This document shows positions 1 to 9,960 of a stretch of 45,815 nt of DNA, in pieces. How positions within the stretch are numbered: position 1 is the stretch's first letter; every line of letters begins with the position of its first letter. The notes beneath the pieces were generated by a model that worked only from the letters and a program-made list of their open reading frames with translations, had not been told where the DNA came from and made no database searches. The translations under genes and the position numbers were made by a program. This DNA comes from Folioceros fuciformis (lineage: Eukaryota), in the NCBI GenBank assembly GCA_049999805.1, contig JBNGIO010006249.1:408981-454795 (forward strand). The letters run 5' to 3'.

Positions 1-81
1 TTTGGAGAGAGGATGTATGGTAGTGGAGAGAGGATGTAGGGTGGTGCGGACACATGAATAGCCAAGCCACAAGGCGGGTGT

Positions 82-121
<40 letters not shown>
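82..121. repeat. (AGCC)n tetranucleotide microsatellite, ~10 units
   Basis: agccagccagcc... read directly at 82-121. Confidence 0.95.
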
Positions 122-122
<1 letters not shown>

Positions 123-351
123 CTCGTGCCGGGGAGGGGATGCGGGCTGTTGGATGGCGGCCTCCAAAAGGAGGTACAGTACAGGATTAGTGTCGCTCCG
201 GTCTAGTCTAGGGTGAAGACCCGGGGTCGCAGCCCTACGGCATGCGCCGCGTCGGGACAGTCAAGGGCTGGGCTGAGCGGGAAGTTAGCCGGCCCGGTTG
301 GGTAGTTTCCGGGCTCAGGACGGGGAAGGGACGTTGCGCCACGGCGGGCGT

Positions 352-370
352 ATGCATGCATGCATGCATG
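352..370. promoter_or_regulatory. (ATGC)n / tandem RY (CATGCATG) motif ~1 kb upstream of the MYB gene
   Basis: atgcatgcatgcatgcatg is seen directly. CATGCATG is the B3-domain (ABI3/FUS3) RY element. Function here is inferred only. Confidence 0.35.
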
Positions 371-914
371 ATCTGCACATGGGCTGCTTGGATCAGATTG
401 GGGGAGACGGGTGACAGTGGAGTGGAGTGCAGTGGAGTGGAGTGGAGACCTTGGGGCCTTTTGGTTGATGCAGCCAGCCGTGGACGGGGGCGGGGGGAGG
501 AATCCGGGAATGACGCTTACACAGGGCAGGGAGTGAGTGAAGGGACGGGACAGGACAGGACAGGACGACACTGGACGAGGGATTTGTCTAGACTTGATCT
601 GTTGTGACGGAGAGTTGGACAATGGCTTCTTTCCTTCTGTACCCCCCATCTCCCCCCCCCACCCCGGTTACGTAGTCGTGTGTTTGCCAAGAGAAAGGGA
701 AGGGGGGAAGGGGGGAAGGAGCGAACGAAGGCAGCGAGCAAGGAAGGAATGCAGGAAGGAGGGAACCCATTTTGATTCCAGGAGAACCGAGAGAATGTTA
801 CCAAGAGAGATGCAGGTCGGGTTAAGAGAAGGGGTGCCTTTCTTGGAGCCTACCGAGAAACGAGAAGGAAACGGTAGGGAGGACGACAAGAGTGCGAGGT
901 GTCTGCGGGAGTAC

Positions 915-985
915 GGGCCCGGGCGGGCCACGCCGGGCCGGGCCGGGCCACGCCGGGCCGGGCCGGGCCACGCCGGGCCGGGCCG
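915..985. repeat. GC-rich 20-bp tandem repeat (GGCCACGCCGGGCCGGGCCG) x3
   Basis: Three consecutive copies at ~926-985, upstream of the MYB start. Confidence 0.85.
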
Positions 986-1415
986 ACCCAGGCGAGCTCA
1001 GGGAGTAGAGTTGGCCTTTGGCTGGATTCGCGAGCGCGCTCTTGGTATTCGTAGACCTGGTCCACCTCGGCACGACGGACCGGGAACTTTCACCCCCTCC
1101 TCCTGTGCCCGTCCCCGCATCTCGCATCTGCGTTCCAACGTCCTGGCCCGCCCCTCCCCCTGGCCCTTGGTTTTCTACTCTTATACATTTGCTTGCAGCA
1201 GTAAGCTCACTTTCAAGGCAGTTGCTCCCAGCGATAGCGCCCAGAGCTCCTCTGCTCTGTCCTTCCTTCCTGAAACCCAAGAGCTCTGTATTGCACACCC
1301 ATAGCGACTGCTTGGTTCTCACAATTGCAAGCCTCTTCTTCTTCTTCTCCTTCTCCTTCTTCTTCTGCTGCTTGGTCTCGGCCTCCGCCTCCGCCTCCGC
1401 CTCAGCTGGGCTGAC

Positions 1416-3891
1416 ATGACTAAATCGTCAGGACCCACGTCCTCAGGCGAGGAGGATGTGCGCAAGGGCGCTTGGACCGCCGAGGAGGACGAGAAGCTCC
1501 GGGCTTACATCGAAAAAAACGGCACTGGCCATTGGCGCAGTGTTGGGCGCAAAGCAGGTGGGTGGCCAGGGTCACACAATTGCAACTTTCCTTTCTTGTG
1601 TAGTGTGTAGCCCAGGGGATGCTGCACTTTCGATTCTCTTCAAAACAACAATCCTCCACCGCACGATCATGTTCTGCTGGTGTGAAGAAGGAAGGAGGAA
1701 TTGGAGGCAGATTTTAACTGGTTGCGCACTCCTGTTGTTGGCTTACAGGATTGCAAAGATGCGGGAAGAGCTGCCGCCTGCGCTGGACCAACTACCTCCG
1801 CCCTGACATCAAGCACGGAAGCTTCACTCCGGAGGAAGAGAAGCTCATCATCGAGCAGCACCTCACCATGGGCAGCAGGTGATTGCGCGCTTTCTCAGAA
1901 TTGAGACCGGCGTGCATGACACTTGTTTGCACTGTCGAGCAATTTCCGTGTTGGGTCTTCCGCATTTGAAAATTCCTGCTGAGCGTTTGGCCGCCAGCCA
2001 GAGTGGAAGACACGAGTGTTGGAGTTGCTGTTGCTTGTTTGTCTGCGTGAGTGAGCGTCAAACATGGTGGCTGGAAATGCTTGTTTTCCTGTGGTNNNNN
2101 NNNNNNNNNNNNNNNNNNNNNNNNNNNNNNNNNNNNNNNNNNNNNNNNNNNNNNNNNNNNNNNNNNNNNNNNNNNNNNNNNNNNNNNNNNNNNNNGCGGG
2201 CGCCTGATCTTTCTTCCTTGCTGTCTTCCAGATGGTCGCAGATCGCAAGCAAGCTCCCGGGCCGAACGGACAACGACATCAAGAACCATTGGAACACTCG
2301 GCTCCGGAAGAAGCTGGTGGATATGGGCATCGACCCGGTGACCCACAAGCCCATCTCGGAGATCCTCAGGAATATGGCGGGGAACATGGCGAACTGCAAG
2401 AGCGGGCCGGTACCCAAGCTCATGGCCGAAGCCAGGCGCTGCTTCGGCGACGCCACCATCAACAAGGCACTGCAGGACTACATGCTCCCACAAAGTGGAA
2501 GCAGCAACGCCACCGCCGTCGCCGCCGGTCAAGAAATGGAGGCCAAGATGGAGCGGGCAGACATCCAGGGGCCCCTCCACGCTCTGCCCACTCAGGCTGC
2601 TGACAACCTGGTCACCTTCGCTAGGATGCCCGACATGGCCACCTTCTGCCCCGGTATCAATACCGCCCTCTCCTCCAACTCCGACAGCTTCAGCGACGGC
2701 AGCGATGTCGACACGCAGTCCTCGGGCGGGGTGACCTCGCAACCGGGCGCGGCGGCGGGCTCGAGCTTATCCTCCCGGAGGAGACACAGTGGCAACGGTG
2801 GGCAGCAATTGTCAATTTTCGCGAGGCGCGGGCTGGCGGCTCACTCTATTGTTATCGACTCGGATGACGAGATCGAGTCCCCGAGGAGGGCAGTGCCGTC
2901 TGGTCTGGAGCCGTCGGTGCTGAACAGGAAGATGAGGCTGGTGCTCCGCGAGGCCATGACGCAGGGGGTCGGGTTGAGGAAGAGGACGGCTGAGACCTGC
3001 AGCACCAGCGAAGCTTCCCAGGCCGGGAGCAACAAGAGGCACCACAGAGACCTGGTGCAGTGCCAGGATTTCCAATCCCAGCATCACCAACAACTGCAAC
3101 AACAACAACAACAACAACAACAACAGCATCTGCACCAGCATCACACCTTAAGTTTTATGGGTTCCTCTCCCATGTCTTCCTGTGCCATGGTATCCGGCTA
3201 TGGTGGGTTCCAGTCGGAGGCCATGACAGTGGCTGCCCCGGCTCCTCTCCCGGCCGCTGAGGCTGGTTTTGGGATGGGAGAGGAGCAGGGGATGAGCTTC
3301 TCTGCCCCCGACTTCGCGTCTTCGCATCTGGTGCGGAGCTCGGGGCAGGAGGGCTACGCGATGCCGGCTGCCAGCTCTAGCGACTGGTCGGAGGAGAGTT
3401 TGAGGCAGCTGCTGGAGCCGAGCAGTGGGTTCTGGAATGTGGAGCAGCAACACCAAGGGAGGGGGTCTGGGTCTTCCCAGGCCAGAACTTCGTCCGGGAA
3501 TGCGAGCATGCCAATAAACGATACCTGCTCCTTGTGGTTCATTCCCAGAGGAGGAGATGGGTCTGCTCCTGCCGGGGCTCAAAGCACGTCCTTGCCGCTG
3601 GATTCGCCGATGGGGGCTGCCAGATGTGTGGCGAATGTGGTGGATGATATCTATGAGATTTCGCCCCTGGCGACGCCACGAAGCTGGGCGGGGAGCTTCC
3701 CGACCAATGTTGCATCCGAGACACACAATTCGCGGTTGCAGCAGCAACAAGCCAGCCTGTCCAGCACGCCCGACATTCCGGCTTGCTGGCAGGATGGGTT
3801 TCTGAGCACGCCCAAGAGCATGGGGCCCGACATGGCGCACTTCGACTTGCCCAGCCCCAAGCTTGTCCCTATCTGGGCCTTCCACGACTGA
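1416..3891 (+). CDS. R2R3-MYB transcription factor, MYB80/MYB35 (MS188/TDF1)-like; exons 1416-1557, 1749-1878, 2232-3891
   Basis: Spliced translation gives [12 protein letters not shown]...GHW...[32 protein letters not shown]...[31 protein letters not shown]. Both introns are GT-AG at the canonical R2R3 positions, and exon 2 has the canonical 130-nt length. [10 protein letters not shown] motif follows R3. Intron 2 contains a 100-N gap. Confidence 0.95.
3088..3126 (+). repeat. (CAA)n tract encoding poly-Gln in the MYB C-terminal region
   Basis: caacaacaa... translates to [13 protein letters not shown]. Confidence 0.9.
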
Positions 3892-4239
3892 GCTCAAGTT
3901 TCATCCAAGGCTCCAGGAGCCTGTGGTGGGCATGGCAGATTCCTTTCTTCGGTGGATGATTGGAATGGAATGGTCTGCCTGCATCAAGCCTACAATTTTC
4001 TTCCCCAACATTCTGTGGCAGCATTGTCAGATTCTGCAGGGACAGATCATGGTGCCTCCAATCCGTGTAACATATCCGTCCTAGTAGCGATCTTCCTCAC
4101 GAGTGCTGCTCTCCTTTCAGACAGAGTCTGGCGGCTACATCTTCTAGACAGTTGCAGTGAGCCCACTCACTGCTCGGGACCTGGCCAAATGGGCCTGTGT
4201 AAATATCCATTTCGAAGAGTCTAGCCTTAAATTTGTTCA

Positions 4240-4800
4240 CACCTTCTTCTTGACCAGTATGTCGGAGGTGGACCAAGGACGAGCTCGCAAAGACGAGGTG
4301 TTTCCTGTTGCACTCTTCAGTCAGTTCATGGGAATCACATGAAGAACAGTACAAGCTCGGTCCAGAACTCCATCTTCGACCGGCAAGATGAAGCTGTCCC
4401 TACCACCATCCTACTCCCTGGAGAAGATTTAGTGGATATATTAAATATACGAATATGTTGTTGATTTGAATATTGCGTCTTACTATTCTTGTACTCTTGG
4501 ACACTACTTGGAGAGTACGTAGTCGTTGAAGGTGAGGATTCAGTGGTAGGATCTCTGACCCTTTGGTGCATGGGCTTTGGTCTTCCAGCTATGTATGCAC
4601 ATGTATGTCTGCCGCCAGGGTTTTGGTCTTCTTTGAAATGCCTATCTTTTTACATGGAAGTCAATGGTCATATGTGGCTCACAAACTTCACTATCCCTCT
4701 GAGTTCCCCTTCCAGTGGCGTACAGTACAAAATACTATGGCATAGGCTTCGGGTTGTGTTATTCCCTGATAAGAGCTATACCAAGTCTGTTCTTGGAATC
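4240..4800 (+). pseudogene. Decayed partitivirus-like (Durnavirales) RNA-dependent RNA polymerase fragment (endogenous viral element)
   Basis: Motif remnants occur in RdRp order across frameshifts: FFLTSMSEVDQGRA (~4244-4285, motif A-like), TTILLPG then FSGYIKYTNMLLI*ILRLTI (~4401-4490, motif B-like), YVVVEGEDSVVG (~4516-4551, GDDS-like), and RLRVVLFPD (4744-4770, cf. deltapartitivirus LRLLIFPE). The comparison is from memory and the sequence is heavily degraded. Confidence 0.5.
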
Positions 4801-4807
4801 GAAAGCT

Positions 4808-5650
4808 ATGGAGGATGGTGCATCAACCACTTCAAATGTCGGCATTGTCACAAATAAGCTGTATGTGGACACGGACTTCAAGAAAAAAATTCCTTCGACT
4901 TGCCTGACTACTAGTCAATTTGAGGCGCGAATGCGGCCTCTTGCCCAGGCGATCACCTCAGGGAAGGCTAATGTAGTCTTAGGAGACGCCTTGTGCCGAG
5001 GGATCATTGTCTACCAAGAAGCTATTGATCCTGAAAACGCATTGAGGATCGCTGATTCCTTGGAACAACCACCTTCTTTTACAAGGCTAATGGTCTTTGC
5101 CCAGAAGCAGAAGAAATTCGCCTGTAGACAGCAGAAAATTGCTCGCAAAGACAGCAAACGAGAAGACACCTTGGTTGCCGCCCTTGCAAAGACATTGCAC
5201 AGCAATCGAAGACTACTCCAGGAATGTCTCGAGGATTACTTCTAGCTCCGAGAAGCGAATGAAATATCTTCGGGAACGTTGGCAAGAGGAGCGAGACCGT
5301 CTGAAGCGCAGGCTCAGAGCCACTGGTAAGGAGTACCCTATGGTGTCGATGTACAGGCCACTCGACAAGGCAAAGCTGATCAAGTGCGCCCTCGACAAGT
5401 TAAACGCTCGACTGGTGGCTGCTGGTGAGCAACCCAAGAGCCCTGGGGATGATGCCATTACGCAAGCTGTTGATGTGTATGGAGAGGAGGTGGAAGAGGA
5501 GTACCTCATGAATTATGTCCAGCGGGACGATGTGAGGAATGATCTCCTAGCCTATGGAGACAAAGGGAATCATTAAGTTGCTGCGGGATGAGAGAAACAG
5601 GTTTCGTGCCAGGCATTTTCGTGACGTTGTGGACATCGTTCAGGGAGAGC
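4808..5650 (+). pseudogene. Amalgavirus ORF1-like endogenous viral element with two +1 frameshifts (~5242, ~5563) and retained UUU_CGU motifs
   Basis: Joined ORFs 4715-5245 and 5097-5576 give VVLGDALCRGII, RDRLKRRLRATGKEYPMVSMYRPL and AVDVYGEEVEEEYLMNYVQRDDVRNDLLAY. These match recalled Southern tomato virus ORF1 blocks LALGAAVAHGVL, REKLEEDLIATKSNYEPVSRYVGL and AFDMYAEFVAKTNRLEFLKHGNVKDELQAF in order and spacing. In-frame TTT CGT occurs at 5602-5607 and 5617-5622. No introns. Confidence 0.75.
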
Positions 5651-6747
5651 GTGCTTTTTGGTAAGCCAAGCTTAGGAAGGACCCCTCTAGACGGAGTAAA
5701 TGGAAGGGGCCTCTATGTAGCTCGAGTTAGAGTGTTTGCTTGTTTCTCATCCTGGAACCAGTTTTTCAGCCTTGCTTGAAACCTATTTCTCCCCCTTTTT
5801 CATTCTGGAAGAGCGTGAATTCCCACGACTTGCGACGCTGTAACATGCCTCTTTCACCTTTCTCATTCTGGAACAAGGAACATGTCCCATGGTCCTCATC
5901 CTGGAACCATACTTGCCTTCCACACGTTTCTCAGTATCCTCTTCTAGGATATGATAACCCTTGCTTGCAACATGGGTTTTGGTCCTCATCCACATCCTGA
6001 GACATTTTTCCCACCCTGGAAACCTCCTTGCCTACGGTTGTGTACCGAGAGAGGAACCAGCCACAGAAACATCGTTCTCGATTCTATCACGGTCTCCAAC
6101 GACCCGTCAACTGCTTGCAATAGTAAATCATGAACAGTCCACTACTCCTGTGCATAACCAGGTGTGGAGAACAGAGTGTCGGATCTTTGTCGTCTCATTG
6201 CGCACATAAGACGAATCTGTACATAAAAATTATGCGGCAAGTGGCAGACTTCACCGCCGGTTACGGCTCGTAATGCCAACGAGCAGGGAGCGGACTGCAG
6301 CACGTCGGACCACTCATGTTTCTGTGGGAGCACGCAAAAAATTCTGAACCGCTGGCCTGTTCTAGACCTTTCTTGCACAGAAATGGTATGATGTAAAGTT
6401 CACAGCAACACTGTCTAGTCAAATCTAAGCAGGCTTCAGCAGAGTCGATCATAAGTATTGCGTGGATGGCAAAGTTTAGAGACGAAGTGCCGCCTGCCTC
6501 AGCCAGCTGCAGGGCAACACTGTCATGTGGAAGGGATCCTGGGCAAACAAGTTTCCATTACGGCAGGAAAAGCTGCTCCTCTCAGCAGCTTCTGCATGAC
6601 CCCACCGGATAACTGAGTCAAGAACGTGATTCACAGCACGTCCTTGGCTTGCATCACCACGCCCGGGGCCTTCTGCATAGTTACCATCTTCCTGGAGCTT
6701 GACTTTAGGAACCCATTATTCTACTGAGCAGTGCACTGAGGGATGAG
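5650..6747 (+). repeat. Non-coding module, copy 1 (diverged direct repeat of 9961-11230)
   Basis: Collinear shared blocks: aaggacccctctagacggagta (5677), atgtagctcgag, CTCATCCTGGAAC sub-repeats, tctccaacg, gacgaatctgt (6210), cctgttct, aagttcaca, aagggatcctgg, gaccccacc, ggccttctgca, and terminal gatgag. Confidence 0.85.
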
Positions 6748-6749
6748 AT

Positions 6750-9700
6750 GAGACGTTGCATTGGCATATATTCTGATGAGTTGCATGCGTCACCACGTTC
6801 TCCTTACGGTGGTGTGCACATAATCAGAGGACTGCCTCTGGGAGGTCTTTTATTACATGAATATTCCTTTGTCTCAACGGTTTCCTCCAGCTCTATATCG
6901 CATGTAGATCGATGTTGTGGACTGTTAGCATGTGGGGCTCATACAGTCTCCGTTACAGCTTGCGATTCGAGCAACCCTTTGTTGCTCGGATTGCACAGAC
7001 TGCCGAAGTAAACAAAGGTGTTCCTTTGCCTCACAAGTGAACCCAGATTTGAGCACGGAGCTCGAAACCCCAAGGCCGGCCAAGGCCGTACCGAACAGAA
7101 GTTTGAGCTACATTGTTTGACAACGGTCGTGTGCATCGCCTCTTTCAAAATAGGAGATGTTTGTGTGTTGACGACCTTTTGATCGCCTGTCATGTGTGTG
7201 AGGCATGTCAGGTGCAGGAGCATCGGGTTGATGTGATAACTAGATGACGACTCTCCCACAGCCAGAGAAGGAAACTTCAAGGTCTTCCTAGTATTATCGA
7301 CCACTGTGGTTCCAAGAGGTACATGTGCTTCCAGCTCATATGTTCAGAAAGGTCTTCAGCCTCACCAAATACCACTGCAAGTTGGGCGATCATGACCCAG
7401 ACCGAGCTCCACATCCTAGGACTCTCTCTGGTCGTCGAAGAAAACAAACGCAAAGAAGACTCGCGATTGACTTACCGAATGCAAGATGCCTTTAGATGCC
7501 TTAGAACCCGAGAGAAGATGCCGTGTGTCGTCATGTTCTGCCCCGTACCCGGGACAAACAAACAACTTTATTGAAGCTCACCGATCAAATAGATATCGCA
7601 ACAAGGAAACTCGGGCTCCGTGCACATGCTTCTATGGACTGAATTACACAAATGTACGTCACCATCAATCCACACATCTCTCGCTCTTAGGGTGGTCGGT
7701 ACTGTTCTAGCCTCCCAGTTATTTCTCTCTCTAAACGTTAAAATTCACCTGCATCCGCCAGGGCTCCCTTCTATTGAATTTGATGAGAGAATAGCATCAT
7801 GCGAAAAGCACTAAAACATGGCATCCTTGCCCACGGAGAGATCATTCATCCGGAAACAGCAGATGTTGTGTGTTGTGTCCCCGTGTGGGAGCTGTGAACT
7901 TGTATCCGCTGTGCCCAAGTGTCGAAGCTTTCTTGGGCTCCATCTCAACGACATTTCAACCTCAGTTTCTAACTCATGTCCGCTTTGCTACTTTGATTCG
8001 CTGCTGTACATTCTCGTGACACTGCTCATGTGATGACCATTCAGAGAAGGTAAAATAGTTCTTTTAAGACTCTATCATGTGTGCAATTCTCGTCTAGCCC
8101 GTTTCTCCTTCTTGCCGTTGCCTTTCTCCTCTTTCCCTTTCCTTGACCCAGCTCCCACTCCTCGTTTTACAATACGTGCTCCCTAACAAGAACGTCCCTT
8201 TCGAAGAAGAGTGTGCTTCCTTTCTTCTCACCGTTGGCCTCAGTCTCCTTCGTGGAACTCGTAGGCACTTACGGCCCGTTGATGCAATGGACAAGTATCA
8301 GAGACGGTTCAAACAGGGCTCTGAAAAGCTGTCACGGACTGCACATCACAAAAAGGTGCCTTGTTCACATCCAGCATCCCTGTATCGTGGCGAGAAATGA
8401 CTTTATCGAGCACACTCCGCATTTGGAACTTCCCTTGACCTCCATTTCCTCGTGCTGGTGCTACTGTAAGGAACTGCAACCCCCAACACACACGCTGCTC
8501 AAAACGGACTGAAACTAAGACACAAGCATCAACGTTGACAGAAACCAGGCTCTTTGGGACCTAAACCCTCCAATGTTTCCCCGGGAAGCTTTTTGACAAT
8601 TTAACAATACACGCCGTAGCAGCGGCAGCATGACCTATTTGATCCTTACTGAGTCTCTTCAAAGGCTCCTTAAACACCTGTGATTGGTACTTGAGTTGCC
8701 GCTAGCTGCAAAGTGCTGCCACAAAGACGGCACGACGGACGAGTCAATCCCTCGCGCAACCTTCCACAACACACTGTTGAAGTTGGCCTTAAAAGGAAAA
8801 CCTTGGTAGTGTTCCCTTCCCACAAGCCTTGGCTGCCTTCTTCAGATTTTGCAACCTATAGGCTTCATTCTTTGCCACACGTTGTTTCCTGGCAGCTCTT
8901 TTCTTTGCGAGTGGATCCTCATTCAGATCTGATGACGATCAGCAGGCAAGTTCAAATGAGGGCAGAAACGGGAGACAGCATTTTGAAATCACACAACGAA
9001 ACTGGCCCTTCAATAGTTCTGAACAGCGAGGGGCACCAGATTCTGAGCAGAGACGTTCTCGACTCAGCAGAAGCAGAAAGAACAGTACCGTCAATTGGGT
9101 TAGCCTCACGAATGGATATTTCGTTTTCATCTGGAACCCTCTTGTACGCCCACCTCTTTCTCCTTTCTTGAGAACTATCATCAAATTCTAGCTTGCTCCT
9201 CTTCCGCTTTTGAATGCCTGTCCTTGCCGGCAATGAGCTACGAATCTCAGATGTCCACTTCCTACGACCGTGGAAATATGAAACCTACCCTTCGTTTGGG
9301 CAAAGAGCTCCCACTTCGTCGGAGGCTTGGCTTGGGCAACTGCAACCACAAACAAATCCTCCAACCCTCAGAAATCTGTAATCAAGGTCGGCTCAGGCAG
9401 GGCGGTCACTTCTGTCAAACGTGCAGGAGAGACTGAACAGGCTGTTGGCTAGTGCCTGTACCACCGACGTAGCACCCTCCAGGCACACAAGTTCGCACTC
9501 CTCTCTACCCTTTCCCAAATCATGAACAGCGGCCAACAGTTGGTCACGTTGCACCAGAAGTCAGCCCTGTCTTCAGCTCCACAACCGGAATCGTCACTCA
9601 AATCACTGTTAGCCCAATTTACCGGGTGGAGCTGGACGGAATTTCCTCGTCTCTTAGCTGGAAGATCAGTAGGTTGCCAGAGTCTATCTGACAGAAATCT

Positions 9701-9960
9701 GAAACTGACTGCGCGGTAGCATCTGCGGCCACTGTTTCCATGTCCCTCAGCTCTTTCTCCATTCGCCAAGGATCCAACTCGCAGCACCCTCCACTCCTCG
9801 GCCTCAGACGGCTCAAATTTGCATTTCAGGTGGTCAGCCTACTTGATATCTATGCTGGATCCCTGCACCAACGGATCGCTGGTGAAGGAAGGCCAGTGTC
9901 CCGTGTGAAATCTCTTCCAAGCCTTGTATGCATTGCCAAGAGACCCCGTGCGCAATTGCA
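6750..9960 (-). other. Unassigned decayed coding-like sequence between the two module copies
   Basis: Intronless protein-like frames broken by stops and frameshifts, e.g. DPLAKKRAARKQRVAKNEAYRLQNLKKAAK (~8920-8825), QSQVFKEPLKRLSKDQIGHAAAATACIVKL (~8690-8595) and KFPSLAVGESSSSYHINPMLLHLTCLTHMTG (~7280-7185). No family recognised. Confidence 0.3.

Noticed and set aside
203-1419. Several 90-255 aa ORFs upstream of the MYB gene
   Set aside because: They are by-products of GC-rich simple repeats, with low-complexity translations and no recognisable domains.
1879-2231. N-terminal part of the 670-aa ORF 1879-3891
   Set aside because: This is MYB intron 2 (GT at 1879, AG at 2231) read through an N gap; the real coding exon starts at 2232.
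8030-8130. Box C-like GTGATGA words (also near 23739 and 29345) as possible C/D snoRNAs
   Set aside because: No suitably spaced box D with terminal stem or recognisable rRNA-complementary guide was found.
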